64,000 nt of DNA from assembly GCF_006345805.1 (NCBI RefSeq), contig NC_043014.1, positions 31,310,001-31,374,000 of the forward strand, in the 5' to 3' direction. The position numbers and the translations under genes were made by a program. This document shows, piece by piece, positions 20,438 through 34,289 of this stretch (the first letter of the stretch is position 1; each line of letters begins with the position of its first letter). Under the pieces are notes generated by a model. The model made no database searches. It worked only from the letters and a program-made list of their open reading frames with translations, and was not told the origin of the DNA. This stretch comes from Octopus sinensis (lineage: Eukaryota).

Positions 20438-23400
20438 GACACACATATACACTGACTTTTGCAAAAACTGGGCAGCAAGAAATGATGTAGTCAATTGTTA
20501 TTATTATTATTATTTTCATAGTTACATCACTGTGGTACATCTTCATTGCATACTGTTGATTTTTGTAAATCCCATTCAACAGTAATTTAACCTATTAGAA
20601 AATACTGGAAATAAGACAGGCTTATTTTCTTTAATGCTGAATAATGGAGAAAGCATTGCATGAGAGTGGTGTCACCCATATTAACCAAAGCTACTGATGA
20701 GATTGAATGCCAATAGGGGTTGCTTCATCAGGCATAGAGAGAGGGGGGAGGGAAGTTGGAAGAAATGAACAAAGAAGATGTGAAGTGTTGAAAACAGTTT
20801 ATTTATCATATGTACAAACAAATGGAATCAGATGGGTCAGAGACTTGAGGTATACACACTCTTTCTTTCTCTCTCTCTCGCTCTCTCTCTCACACACACA
20901 CATACAGATGCAAGTATGGAAACACACATGCCTAGAGGAAAAAGAAATATTCACACACAGTCACACATCCAAAAGTATGGCTGAGTACGGAAAGATAAAA
21001 CTGGGGTGGGGTGACAGAGCAGGGGGCATGGGGTGAGACTGAAGTAGAGAACTGGGGGGATGGAAAAAAAAAAGAGGGCACCACCTGGAACTACTGTTTC
21101 AGCAATGGATGGGTGTTTTTAAAAGACATTTAATAAATAAAAAAAAAAAAAGAGAAAAAAAAAAGAAGCATAAAAGAGTATCAGGTTGCTATGGTTCCTG
21201 TTGATAATACAACTTTTAAATGTTTGCAATGAGTTGTTAACTCGTTAGCATTCTGATTACTTTGTCAAACATTATGTTTATATGGTCACATTATCTTGAA
21301 TTACACATGCATTGTCTCACGGCTTGAGATTTCAATGATATGATTTTTTATTTTTAGAATGATATTGTAATGTAGATGTGAGAGGCTGGATCTAGCCAGA
21401 TTGAATATAAAACAGGAAAAATATTCAGGCCGGATAGGGCTAGTTTAGATGCTAAAGAGACAATGTTAGTGTCAACTTTATAGATGAAATATTTTTATAA
21501 TATTTGTGCCTGTATTATGTTTTGGTCAACTTGATAACTATTCAGTATCAGGTGCCTTTCTCCTGGATATATATGTAGAACTAAATGGGAGTGAATAAGA
21601 ACACATTGACCTTAATTTGGAAATAAAGGATTTCTAGTTCAAACCCAGTGTGCTATTATTTGCATATCCAAGAATGTCTTAAACCTGATGACCAGAGAAC
21701 AAACCAACTGAAACAAGTGTAGTTGGAAATATTACAAAAATATTTAATTCCTAAAGATGAGGTTATTAAATCTGAAATAACCATGTTAATTAACTACTTT
21801 GAGATAACTAAGACTCTGTTAAGTATCCTATGCCCATCACAACCTCTGGTTGCTGCCATTAAGGACCAGGCTGTGTGTGCATGTTTAAAATAGTGTTCAT
21901 TAACTCTTATAAGATGACTAACCCATCTATAAGGCCATTACATTCTGTATTAGAAAGAAGAAAAAAAAGGGCTGCTTTCTCCAAGAATATACGTGTGTGT
22001 ATGTATATTCTGTAAATAATAGTAATATTTTTTTTATAAGCAATCACCATGCACTGACTAAGGTAAATAGTCTAATATTGCAGCATATAAGCCCTTGGTG
22101 TTGAGGGCTTCTATGCCTCAATATTAGACTAGTTTCTTTAGTCAATACACAGTAATCGCAGATAAGCTTTAAGCTTATAAAAAAATATTATTTACAGAAT
22201 TGTAAAATTCAGCACCGCTTATAAAATCATCGCACATACACACACCCACATGTATATTCAAATATATCTTAGAAGCAGCACGAGTGTTGTAAATATTATT
22301 GAACATACATACACAATGTATGTGCTTTGCTAGTTTGGTGGTTAGTTTTGATTTGACATTGTGGAGGTGACCCTCTCTAAGCATCAGGTGTTAAAACACC
22401 TGAAAGTCATAGTCATAGACAGGTGAGATGACCCATCCCAAGTCTCATGTCCACCTGAAAAGCACAAAAATGATGAAACATTGATGTCCACCACTCCTGA
22501 CTGGGACGTGGAGTAAGTTGTCTCACCTGCCTACGACCATGACTTTCAGGTGTTTTAACACCTGGTGCTTTGAGAGGGTCATCTCTTCCATGTCACATCA
22601 CAGCTGACCAGCAAAGTGCATACATTGTGTTTGTGTGTTCGATAATGTGTGTGTGTGTGACTCACACACATATTATTTTAAAATAACACCCTTATTCATT
22701 CTTTTCTTATTTCTGGAAACTGAGCCAAACTTCTTTAGTGTGCTGAAGCATCCCATAGGCTTTGTCTTCCTAGAAAGGGTCAAAAGTCTGAAACTGGAAT
22801 GAATACAAATCACACCAAAGTAGACAGGCAAGACAAGTTACAAGCCAAGTAACAAGCAAAATAACTGCCCTAGAAGAACAACACACAGTGAACATAAAAT
22901 GGCAGAAATGTCTTGAGAGATTGTGTAGAAATTCTTTGGAAGCCTTTAAAACATTTGTCAAGTGTTTACATAGGGTCATTCTAGAATAATTTAGGTAAAA
23001 ACTGGAAAGGGATAAAAAGCAATTAAATAAAAAAAAAAAAAGAAAAGAAAATTAACAGAAGAAATTTAATTTGAGATAATTTGAGAGTAATTCATATGGT
23101 CATCAGATTAAATTGTATATATTAAATTAATTGCCTGACACTCTCTAGAGGTCTCAATAATTTAAGAGCAAGGGAAACAAAAAAGAGAAAGAAGGGAAAG
23201 TTATTGTTTAGCCTCAGATCAGCACTGATAGAGCAGACAGTTCCATGATCAAAGGCTTATCAATGTGGCCTTCCTTTTTAAAGGAGACAGAGTTGTGATA
23301 CGAGGGAGATTTTCGCTGCAGTTTCTAGCAGATCAAGTGACCATGTAGAGGATTCTCCATTGGCTTGAAGAACTTGTTTACTTCCGAGTCAACTTGTATC

Positions 23401-24197
23401 AAAGGGACTTACGAATAAAGGTGATCCAGAGCACAGATCACAGTCATCCTGTCTGTATTAATTGCCTGCTATTTCTTGCAAGTCAAGTGACTATGTAGAA
23501 GCTTCCTCAAAGATGATAGGTGGAGTAAGGAAAGAAACTCTGAACAGAGAGAGAGAGAGAGAGAGAGGTGGATAGATGCAAGGAGATCTGGTATTACAAG
23601 AGCAGGAAAATAAGAATATCATAGAAGTTCAGGCCTCACTTGTCTTAGAGTCCTTTGTCCCTGGTAACAAAGGGATCACCTGTTAAGATCAGGAGTAGAA
23701 GACTGAAAAAGGGAAAGAGAAGGGGGCAGGAATCAAACTTGGAGATACACACACACACACATGCAAATTCAATCAGCATGTACATACAAACTTTTTATAT
23801 ATACATAACATGGGAGGCATGTATGAGAAGATATAGAAATACCCAGTATATACATATACAAGTTTCCTTAAGTTATACACACTGTTATGTATATATACTT
23901 ATGCAAACGTGCATACATAAACACATACATACAAACACACACCATCCATCTATCCATCCATCATCAAACATTTCTACATATATATGAAACTTTTTGATGC
24001 ACATGTATGTATGTATGTGTGTGTATATATATATATATATATAATATATATATATATATCAGTGGATGTGTCTTTATGTATATGCTCTTATAAATGTAAG
24101 TTACTTTTATGTATAAGTAGGTGTTCACAAGTGTCAACACTTGCATACACAAAAACACCTCTTGATGTAGAAGGTATATATACATTTAAAATAATGG

Positions 24198-24241
<44 letters not shown>

Positions 24242-24301
24242 ACATATATATATATACACACACACATATATGCATACACACACACACACTCATACATACA
24301 C

Positions 24302-24340
<39 letters not shown>

Positions 24341-27300
24341 CCATGTATGTTTTTTGGCTGATACTTCAACAATGAGTTACTTAAGTTTTGTTTCCACTTG
24401 TCAAATATACTTCTCTCTCTCTCTCTTGTGTATGTGTGTGTGTGCATGTGTGTGTGTATATTTCTATATATGCACATGCGTGTGTATAAACATACATGTA
24501 ATGCATAAATGTGTGTGAATGCATGTCAAAAATAAAATCAATATGGAAGTTTCAAAGAAGGCCCCAGTTCTAAGACAGCAAGGCCCCAGCTCCAAGACAG
24601 CAAAGTGCCTTAAGAGTCTTCAATGACAGCTCTAAGGAAATATATGGAAAACAAAAGAAAAAGAATACAACAAAACAAAATATCATGTTTGTCCCTCCTA
24701 ATGGGTCAGCTATAAGAATTGGTTTCCTTTCAAGTTTCTGATCACCATCATCATTTTTATAAATTATATAGTTTGCTTTTTGAGAACTGATTTCAGGAAT
24801 AACATTATATATTTAATTTTTTTTTAGCTATATTTTGCTTTCACAACTTTTTTTTTTATATCAGGCAGGTTTTACTTTTATTTCTATGTTTGTTAGTTTT
24901 TTTTTTTGTTGAAAATTCTAAATGAATATTTTTCTTTAAATAAATAAATAAAAAAAAAGGTTGAGAAATAAAATTAATAAACAATAAGTAAAAGAAAAAC
25001 TAAAAGAAAAAAAATTTGAACATGAATTTATATATATATATAGAGATGGAGAAATGGATGATGAGGATAATGATGATGATGATGCAGGCTAGGAGAATGG
25101 GTTCTGAGACATTTCAAGTGACTAACAACTGAAGGAACACAGGTTCAATCAAATAATTGTGTTTCTAGTTGTTCTTGTGTTGTTCATTAATTCCTACTTA
25201 TTTGAAAAATGGTTAGCATTTTCAATCTCCACCAGTATGGGTACAGGCTGCCTTAAAGTGGAAGTTATAACAATAAGTCATAAAAATGTTAAGGAATGAA
25301 TTCATCATCATCATCATCATCATCATCGTGGTCATCATCATCTCTAATATCATTATCATTAATATCATCATCATCATCGTGTTTTATTTATTCGTTATCT
25401 TCTTTTCTATCCTGGCAAATCAGTATGGAATGCCTAAATGGCAGTTTTCTACAAACCTTGCTTGCAAGTCATCTCTTCTGTGGGTCAATCCAATAATCTA
25501 AGTCTCATTTTGACCACATATTCCCAGATCTTAGTTGTCTTGCCTCTGCAATGTTTTTGCCTATTAATTGATCTTTTAGACACAGCTATACGACATGAAT
25601 ATCTAGCCGATGTCTTGTCTTTAAATAGTTGCAAGATACAAAAAAAAAGTTGTTGCTACTTTAGTTACTAACTGTTTAGTGATCTGCTCCTCTCAAACCT
25701 GGCACACATACAACAGAACAACACTGGCCCATCACCTCAGCCCTCCTGTTTCCAGAGCAAGAAATGGAGGAGAGTATCTACTTCTTTTCACTGAGTAATC
25801 TGGTCCCATACCTAACAAACTAGTAATGTCAATTTTGGAATGGTTACAGAAGTGAGATCAGTCAGGCTGCTTTTTATGGACATTTGACAATTACCTTTGG
25901 AACAATGTCTGCCAAACAGAAAGTGAGTCATTGGACATTACACCCTTTTAGAAAATGGCAGCCACTTAACTGTGTATTCTTCTCTATAGACAATGGGTTA
26001 TTGAAATATTATCTTTATATATACAGCAGAAGTTGTTGAATTGTAGTATCAGAAGTATCCTTTCTACCAGAGGCACAAAGCCTGAAATTTTGTGGGAGGG
26101 ACCTAGTCAATGACACTGACCCAAGTATTCAGCTGGTACTTATTGACTTATTGCTTGCTAACAATTCTGCCAGTTCCACTACCTTTGTAGTTTCTGAAAT
26201 ACAGCATCAGTCTTAAGACAAATGATTTTCAACAGACAGAAGAGGAACAGCATCAAAGTTTGCAGTTTCGACTGCAAGAAAGCTTTTATGAGGGATGAAA
26301 AGTTGTAACCTAAGACAAGGTTTTGGAACACTTGTCATGTGGTATGAAAAACATACAAAGAGGATCCTGTCACACATGTGTTACAAACCCTAAATTCTGT
26401 TGGAAGAACTTATGACCAAATAAATGTAAAATGTACTGAGAGTGGTCTGGAGAGTAAAGTACTTCTACAACAATCTATTTCAAAGGAAGTCCACATTTTG
26501 CTGGTTTTGTTGAAGAGTTATAAGAAATGTTCCAAAACCTGGACCAATAATGTGGAGTTTAAAAGTCTAAAGGTTCAAATGATGATGGCAAAAGGCAATT
26601 AGATAATTTTTAGAGTACAAAAAAAAAAGCTAAACAGAATAGTACCATCAAAGTGATATAAGCCTTCTTTATATGGTTTAGTTAGAAGTAGAGGTAGTAT
26701 CAATGACTTATTTTTAGCAAGATCTCTGAGAGTGCCTGGGGATGAGAGAGGAGGACAACATACATTTTATCGGATGCAGCTGTCCATTGTTAACCAGCTA
26801 GAGGAGATGTCCTCTTGGGGTTAAAAAAATCACAGTAAAATCCGCTCAAATGGACAGCCATGTTAAAGTGGCTACAAATATTACTGGTCAATACATTACT
26901 GTATTTGGCAGCGGTGTGTCAAGGTACAGAATTATCTTCATATCAATCAAAGAGTTATTCCAAATACTTGCGACAGATTGGTACCCAAGGGCCACATGCT
27001 AGATTTCAGACAATATATAGAGGAGAGATATAAACTCAGTAGCTTGTAATAAGTAAATGTAAAGGGCTGTAAAACTAACAAGATTCTACCTCTTTAAATG
27101 GTTATGTAATGGCATCCATGATTTGCTCAATTAACTTGGTAAAGGTATTATAATTTTTCTTCAGGTGACCTAATTAGAGTAACTGGTGGCTGTAGCTAAA
27201 GCAAGTAGTTAGAGTAAGACATGGGAAGTTGAGAGCTGTAGGCATCAAAAAGTTTCTTTCTCAATACAAAGAATGATGAATATGAGACATTATTCGCTGC

Positions 27301-28088
27301 CATTAGCTAGTGAGACCTAGGTTATTGAAAGTGGAAAGTGTGGAGGAGCGAGAGAAAATGAGTCAAGTACCATCATAACTAGCATGAAATATACAGTTCA
27401 CAAATGAGCTGAGAAGGTAGCTAGACATTAAAAGTTTCGGCCTAAGTTAGACCTGGTTAAGTAGACCTATGGTCAATAGCATTCCAGCTATGACCATCCC
27501 AGCTTTCCATTAAATTAATCTCAGATTTAAATTTTTCCAAATATGTCCCTTGTTCTATTTTTTCCCCTCTATATTAAAAAAGAAAGAAAAAAAAAGATTT
27601 GAGAATAATTTGAGAGAGATTTGGCTGTTATACCATCAAATAGGCTGACCGGCCCTGTAGATATATAGATGTTCCCTCACTGGCTAAAGGCATTAAAGAT
27701 AGAAAAACAAAGTACATAGGAGAGGCAAATACACTGGAACAGCCACTGTTGACCACCTATAGGGTGTAGGTGTGAAGTGGACTGTCAGTCGTAACTATAG
27801 TGTAGGGGGACCCCATAAAAGATATGAGAAAAAGTGGTTAAAGTTAGATATATAGATGTTGGGCCCTAAGAGATGCTGGAGGATTGAGAAAACTGCCACT
27901 ACACTGTATTTGGGACCTAATAAATTCATGTCAGCATAAAAAATTGTATGCTAAAACAATGATGATGATGATGATGATATATAATTATATATAAAATATA
28001 TTTATCTCTGTGTGCTGTCTATGTATGTTTATATGCTTCTCATGTATACACACACAAACCATTATATATATATACATATACACACACA

Positions 28089-28139
<51 letters not shown>

Positions 28140-28274
28140 TATATATGATCTTGTATTAGTATGGAAATTGTACATTAACATATAAGTTATTAAACTGCCA
28201 TGGGATAAGCAAGCAACTGCACTGTTGCTGTCCATCTGGCAGGGGTCACTTGGTCTAGGAGGCCAGAGATCATT

Positions 28275-28335
28275 TTACTTGACAGGATAAGAATTTGTGG
28301 CTTGTCTCGTCGCGACCCATCCAGTGAAAACATCT
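28275..28335 (-). CDS. TOX4: TOX-family HMG-box protein, last coding exon (R)DVFTGWVATRQATNSYPVK*
   Basis: Acceptor tattttcttctttattgcag; phase 2 matches the preceding CG|; completes the TOX4-type C-terminal motif CRDVFxxWV. Confidence 0.9.
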
Positions 28336-28489
28336 CTGCAATAAAGAAGAAAATACACAGGTAAATTTAATTGAAATTAATAAAGTCATTGGAGAAAAAA
28401 AAAACCCTACAATTATAACAACAACAACAACAACAAATTGCTCATTTATAACAGAAACCTGAAATCTGAATAGTTTCATGTCTTGCACC

Positions 28490-28815
28490 CACTTCAGGAC
28501 ACAACTGTGATTGCTGTAGGATTTAAAATTGTTATAGATAGGAATGAGGTTAGTATGCAATGTAATGTAAGTATACATGTGCAACAGAGTGCAAGGGTAT
28601 TGGGAGAGAAGTTAGGTATAAGAGGAATTAGATGCAGTGTGCAAGAGAGAAGACTGCACTGGTTTGGTCATGTGATGTGTATGGATGGAACTCATGGAAG
28701 AGGGAGACCCAGGAAGACATGTGATGAAGTACTGAAGGACATTGAACTTTTCGGATGAGATGATAACGATAAGAGACAGTCAGAATGATGGTACCAGACT
28801 CACTCAGAAAATGAA
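28490..28815 (+). mobile_element. RTE LINE 3' fragment in the last TOX intron
   Basis: EKLGIRGIRCSVQERRLHWFGHVMCMD..GRGRPRKTCDEV. Confidence 0.8.
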
Positions 28816-29032
28816 CAAGAAGAACAAAAATATTCATTTACATATGTAAATGCAAGAGGACAGATTTATAAGAATGTAGTGGTGGGTGGAAGAAGTATGA
28901 CAACATTTCCATTTTGCAAGGATATTCAAGGCTACGACAGGCAACTTGGCTTTGATGAAGGATTGTAATCAAGTCAAAGACTAGATGTACCATGAACCTT
29001 ATCTGAGATAAACATCAGAGATTGAGACTTCT

Positions 29033-29415
29033 CTCTCTTTTACTGGTTTCAGTTATTTGACTGCGGCCATGCTGGAGCACTGCCTTTAGTTGAGCAAATC
29101 GATCCCAGGACTTATTCTTTGTAAGCCTAGTACTAATTCTATCAGTCTCTTTTGCCAAACCACTAAGTTACGGGGATGTAAACACCAGCATTGGTTGTCA
29201 AGCGATGTTGGGAGGACAAACACAGACACACAAACATATATACTTATATATACGACGGGCTTTTTTCAGTTTCTATTTACCAAATCCACTCACAAGGTTT
29301 TGGTCGGCCTGAGGCTCTAGTAGAAGACACTTGCCCAAGGTGCTACGCAGTGGGACTGAACCTGGAACCATGTGGTTCATAAGCAAGCTACTTACCACAC
29401 AGCCATTCCTATGCC
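29033..29415 (-). mobile_element. SINE family A, full length
   Basis: Reverse complement of the family consensus. Confidence 0.9.
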
Positions 29416-29501
29416 TATAAGCACATACGCTAAGTATTAGAGTCAACTAGATTAGCTGAATGTTAAATCCAGCCAATGTTGACTATTTCATTCCTCTACA
29501 T

Positions 29502-30016
29502 CAGCGGTTCTCAACTGGGGTCCATGCAACAAAATAGTAAACTGGGGACGCACAATAATAGTTTAACCCTTTAGCATTTTGATTATTTTGTCAAATGTAA
29601 TGCTTATTTATAAACATTATTTTGAATTAATCATGTGTTACCTTGTAGGTTTGAGATTTTGATGATGTAATTGTATATTTTTAGAATGACATTGTAGGAT
29701 AAGTGTGAGGAATTATATCTGGCCAGTTTGAACATAAAACAGGTGGAATATTTCAGCCGGATGTGACTGGTTTAAATGCTAAAAGGTTAAGGGTCCCTGA
29801 GAACATTAGATGTATGTATTACAAGAAGCAGCTGGGTTTTTTCTCTAACATTTTACAAAGTTCAGCCTACACAAGTTAATGTATGACAAACAAAATAGGA
29901 GTTTTGAAAGAGGTATCTATAAAACTAGTTTTTAAATGTTGAATGGCTATGGGGGCTCACCAGAATAAAATAGTAATTGAAAGGGTTCATAAATGAAAAA
30001 TGGTTGAGAACTCCTG
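29502..30016. mobile_element. hAT (Charlie-like) MITE, interrupted by a piggyBac MITE
   Basis: TIRs CAGCGGTTCTCAAC / GTTGAGAACTCCTG; degenerate 8-bp flanks ctctacat / ctctggaa. Confidence 0.6.
29567..29786. mobile_element. piggyBac-type MITE (CCCTTTAGCATT TIR family)
   Basis: TTAA on both sides; the same family occurs at 44601-44826 and 55326-55544, with partial copies near 17575, 18500, 21240, 60072 and 63655. Confidence 0.85.
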
Positions 30017-30354
30017 CTCTGGAAGTCCCAAAAGTGATCACCAACCATAAACTAGGATCAATTCAACTGACAACACTAGCATACCCACCATGCTAGAATT
30101 TGTGGCCCAGTGTTCCAGCTGCAAAGTAATTACTGTTATATAAGAATATATACATAACCTGGCTCATATATACATATTTTTAATTCTTATACATGAATGT
30201 TGTTGACAGTAACTTTTAAGTCTGATCAGTTAAGCCATTATCAAACTGTTTGATGATGGCTTAACTGGATGAAACTGAGGTATTGAGATAGCAGGGGAAG
30301 GAGAGAAAGAGAGAACATGTTTAAAATGGAGGGAGAGAGAGATGCAAAAGAGTG

Positions 30355-30716
30355 GAAGGCGTGGCTGTGTACTGAGAAGCTTGGTTTTCAACCACACAGT
30401 TCTGGGTTCAGTCCCACTGTGTAGCATCTTGAGTAATTAACTTCTACAATAGGCCCATGCTGATCAAAGCCTTGTGAGTAGATTTTAGATTTGTTAGATG
30501 GAAACTGAAAGAAGCTCATTGTATACATATATATGTGTATGTGTGTGTCTGTCCCCCACCAGTGTTTGAGAGTTTACATCCAAATATCCTGGCAGAATAA
30601 GTACCAGGCTTTCAGAAAAAAAAGAAGTACTGGGGTTGATATGTTCAACTAGACCCCTCAAGGTGGTGCCCCAGCATGGTTACAGTTCAATGATTGAAAG
30701 AAGTAAAAAGGTAAAA
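30355..30716 (+). mobile_element. SINE family A, degenerate
   Basis: Family motifs with CpG decay. Confidence 0.75.
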
Positions 30717-31124
30717 CAATATATGTGCGTGCATATATGTATGTATGTATGTAGAGAGAGTGAAAGGAAGAGACATATTTTAAGAAATAGAGACAAACAG
30801 TGAAAATTATAAAAGGAAAAAGATGTAGAAAAACGTGTATATATATATGGCGAATGAGAGCAGAGCTGGTTAGAGGTGTGTTAATCAATTAGTGTACAGG
30901 TAGCAAAGGTGGAAAATTGCAAAGCAAGTGGAGTGATGGTGGTAGGAGTAAGAGTAGCAGTGGGGAAACAATAAGACGAATCAACAACAGTAGAAACAAA
31001 AATTTGGTTAAAAAGAGAAGACTGCGAAAAGATATCCACAGCGATTTCTACCAAACAAGAAAACAGTCTCTAGCATTGCTCTCTGCTGATATTCAAGCCA
31101 TCGTAACTTATTATAGCTAATCCT

Positions 31125-31520
31125 GCCAGGTGTGGGTGTGTGGTAAGAAGCTTGCTTCCCAATCATGTGGTCTTGGGTTCATACCCACTGTGCAGCACCT
31201 TGGGCAAGTATCTTTTACTAAAGCCTTGCCCCTGCCAAGGTCTTGTGAGTGAATTTAGTAGATGGTAACTGAAAGAAGCCTCTTGTATACATATGTGTGT
31301 GTGTCTTTGTATTTGTCCCCTGCCACAGCTTGACAACCAGCATTGGTTTGTTTACATCCTTGTATGTAACCTAGTAGTTTGGCAAAAAGAGACTGATAGA
31401 ATAAATACCAGGCTTAAAAAGAAAAAAAAAGCACTGGGGTTGATTTGTTTGACTAAAGTCTTCAAGGTGTTGCCCCAACATGGTCGCAGTTCAAAGATTG
31501 AAACAAGTAAAAGATAAAAG
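31125..31520 (+). mobile_element. SINE family A, degenerate
   Basis: Family motifs with CpG decay. Confidence 0.75.
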
Positions 31521-31837
31521 AGAAAAATAACCAAAGCAACAGGAAAATGAATGTGGTCAGCAAAACAAGTACGAGCATGGGAGAGTATGAAGGCTGAAAT
31601 AACCAACAAGAGAACAGAATGGGACAAAAATGAGTAGAGGTGAGAGTTAGAAAGAGAACAGACAAACTTATACCTAACAGTGTCAAACACATATGGTTCC
31701 CTAAGTGGTTGCTAGCATTACAAGGGAGATAATTATATCTTTATAATATTTGGTGGGAGGGTAGAAATTGGAATTTGAAATTAAGGAATTATAAAGGAAA
31801 AAAAATGCATAGAATTTATATATTTAATTTTCTGTCA

Positions 31838-31891
<54 letters not shown>

Positions 31892-32984
31892 GAAGAATTA
31901 AAAACAGGTTGATTTCTGAGCAAATATGAGAGGCAAAAAAGAAATTGGCGGAGCGAAAAGATGAGTATTGAAAAGAAGAGATAATGGAGTAAGAAAGAGA
32001 TGGGAGTGACACATAAGAGGTAGATGTGGTAAAAGTGATGAGGGTGATTAAGAAGATATAGATAGGACAGAGAAGATACAAAATAGCATTAAAAAAAAAC
32101 AAAACAATAAAATACAGCAAACACATGATCAAAGGAAAAATTAAGAAACTAGCTACTTATAAGAAAGAACTGAGAACATACCAAAGTACTATCTTCTACA
32201 ACAGTTGACAACACATAAACAGCCCTTAGATAGCAAAACAGCCCAGATAGCCAAATAGAAAATACAAGAATGGAAGGAAAAAAAAAGAAAAAAATTCCTT
32301 GTTTTCTGTTACAAAATAAGCATTCCAACAAAGCATTCCAAAAAGCAGTAGCATGAAGAGCAGAATGGAGTTCTAGAACTGGAATAAGACATACTATAAT
32401 TTCAGCCAAATACCAAGCATCTTGGCTGTTACAGTCAATGTCTCTCACCTTCTTCAGGTACCTGTTGTGTTCAGTAACATTCTTTGAGCTTTAAATCTAT
32501 GAGTACAGATAGATCACATTCTCTGGTCTGTTCCAGTATTAGGAGAAAAACTAAAACAGGAACATCCCTGGGTATGGGAGAAAAGAATAAGAACAATCTA
32601 TACCCATAAATTTAATATCCACTTTGAAATTTACAAAGTTACTGAATATGACAAATACCTTCAGTATAGAGAAGGCTGGAGGATACAATTCTATGACCAT
32701 AGCCACCACGATGACAACACTAGCCAAAATGTATTAGAGTGAAATAATTCCTCATCACAAAAATTCAGACTATATAATATATCTATTAATATTTAGCAAA
32801 AGCCACAGAGTGACCCAAAGGCCAAGAATTTCGTGCAATGGCATTTATCAAAACTTTTGATAAATGCCAATGCATGAAAACTCTCAGTGACTGAGTCACT
32901 CTGTTGCTTCTGCTAAATATCAATAAAACAATACACATATAACTCATGTTTTGAGTTCTATTATTCCTGATTGTATCACTATAT

Positions 32985-33036
<52 letters not shown>

Positions 33037-33039
<3 letters not shown>

Positions 33040-34289
33040 GGTGTGATGGGTAAATTGTCGCCATTTCATATTTTTAATTTTGCACATGTAGATTGTTTGT
33101 TTTGGGATTTTGTCAACTACACAGTATATTAGGGTCAGCTGAGCACTGTCTGTGAGAAAAACACCACCATGATGCAATTCACTCTGGCAGAAATTTGGAA
33201 ACGATATGCTGTACTGCTTGGCATTTGTGCCAGAAGCTCCAATATGAACATTTCAGTTTTAGGGTGTCAATCTGAAGACAGTGCTGCAGATTTGGAAAGA
33301 GTTGGATGAGTCTAATGGTGATTATGAAGGTATGGCAGCTTGGAAAACTCACTTTGATAAGAAAAGAACTGAATTTGTTGGTGAGATTCAGGCCATTGAT
33401 GACAATGATCCCTCTAAGTCAATCAGGTCCATTGCAAGGGACATGGGAGTGTCTGAGTTTCTTATCAGGAAGGTAGTGCATGAAGACATTTGGTATTTCT
33501 CATACAAGATGAGAAAAGGCCACTTTTTATCCCAAGTCATCAAAGACAAAAGGAAAGACCGTGCCATGAAGCTTTTTAATAAACTCAAGCAGGCCCGCCA
33601 AGCAAACATGCTTTAGTTTTTTCTCAGACGAGAAAAACTTCTGCCAGGATTAGATGGTGAACACACAGAACTGTTGGCCTGCTGTGTCCCAAAATCATGT
33701 ACTGAGAGTGATAAAAATCAAACATCCAGTCAACATCATAATCTTTGGGTGATCACTAGTGATAGCGATGTTATGCCTCCATTCATCTTCCCACCAGCCT
33801 CAGACTCAACATGGAGGCCTGCATCAAGTGCCTGGAGGAAGTAGCGCTGCCTTGAGGGTGGTTACTGGAAGACCCTATCTCTGGCAACAGGACACTGCAC
33901 CATGCCACACAAGCAGAAGCCAGCCAGACAATTTCTGCTACTACATCACCCCTAGCATCTGGTGACCTAACTCACCAGACTGCACTCCACCTTGATTATT
34001 AGGTGTGGGGCGCAGTTGAGCAAAAGACCAACAAAACTCCCTGTAACACCAAAGATGAACTGAATGGCAGCATTCACCAACTTAAACAAGGGAACCATCC
34101 AGAAGAGTTGTAGGAAATTCTGAAATTGTCTGGAGGCCATGGTTGAAGCCGATGGTGATTTTATTAAATAAATTTACTCTTTAGTATTTCAAGATATTTT
34201 TATGTAATTTCAGTAAATATATCTGTTAACATGTCAGTGTTATTTTCCTTTTTGCGTAATTTAGACGACAGTTTATTCACCGCACCCTA
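33037..34289 (+). mobile_element. Tc1/mariner superfamily (maT/DD37D-like) transposon with decayed transposase
   Basis: TIRs CAGGGTGTGATGGGTAAATTGTCG / CGACAGTTTATTCACCGCACCCT(A) within (TA)n; broken ORF with KSIRSIARDMGVSEFLIR, FSDEKNF, WQQDTAPCH, LDY..WGAVE. Confidence 0.88.
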
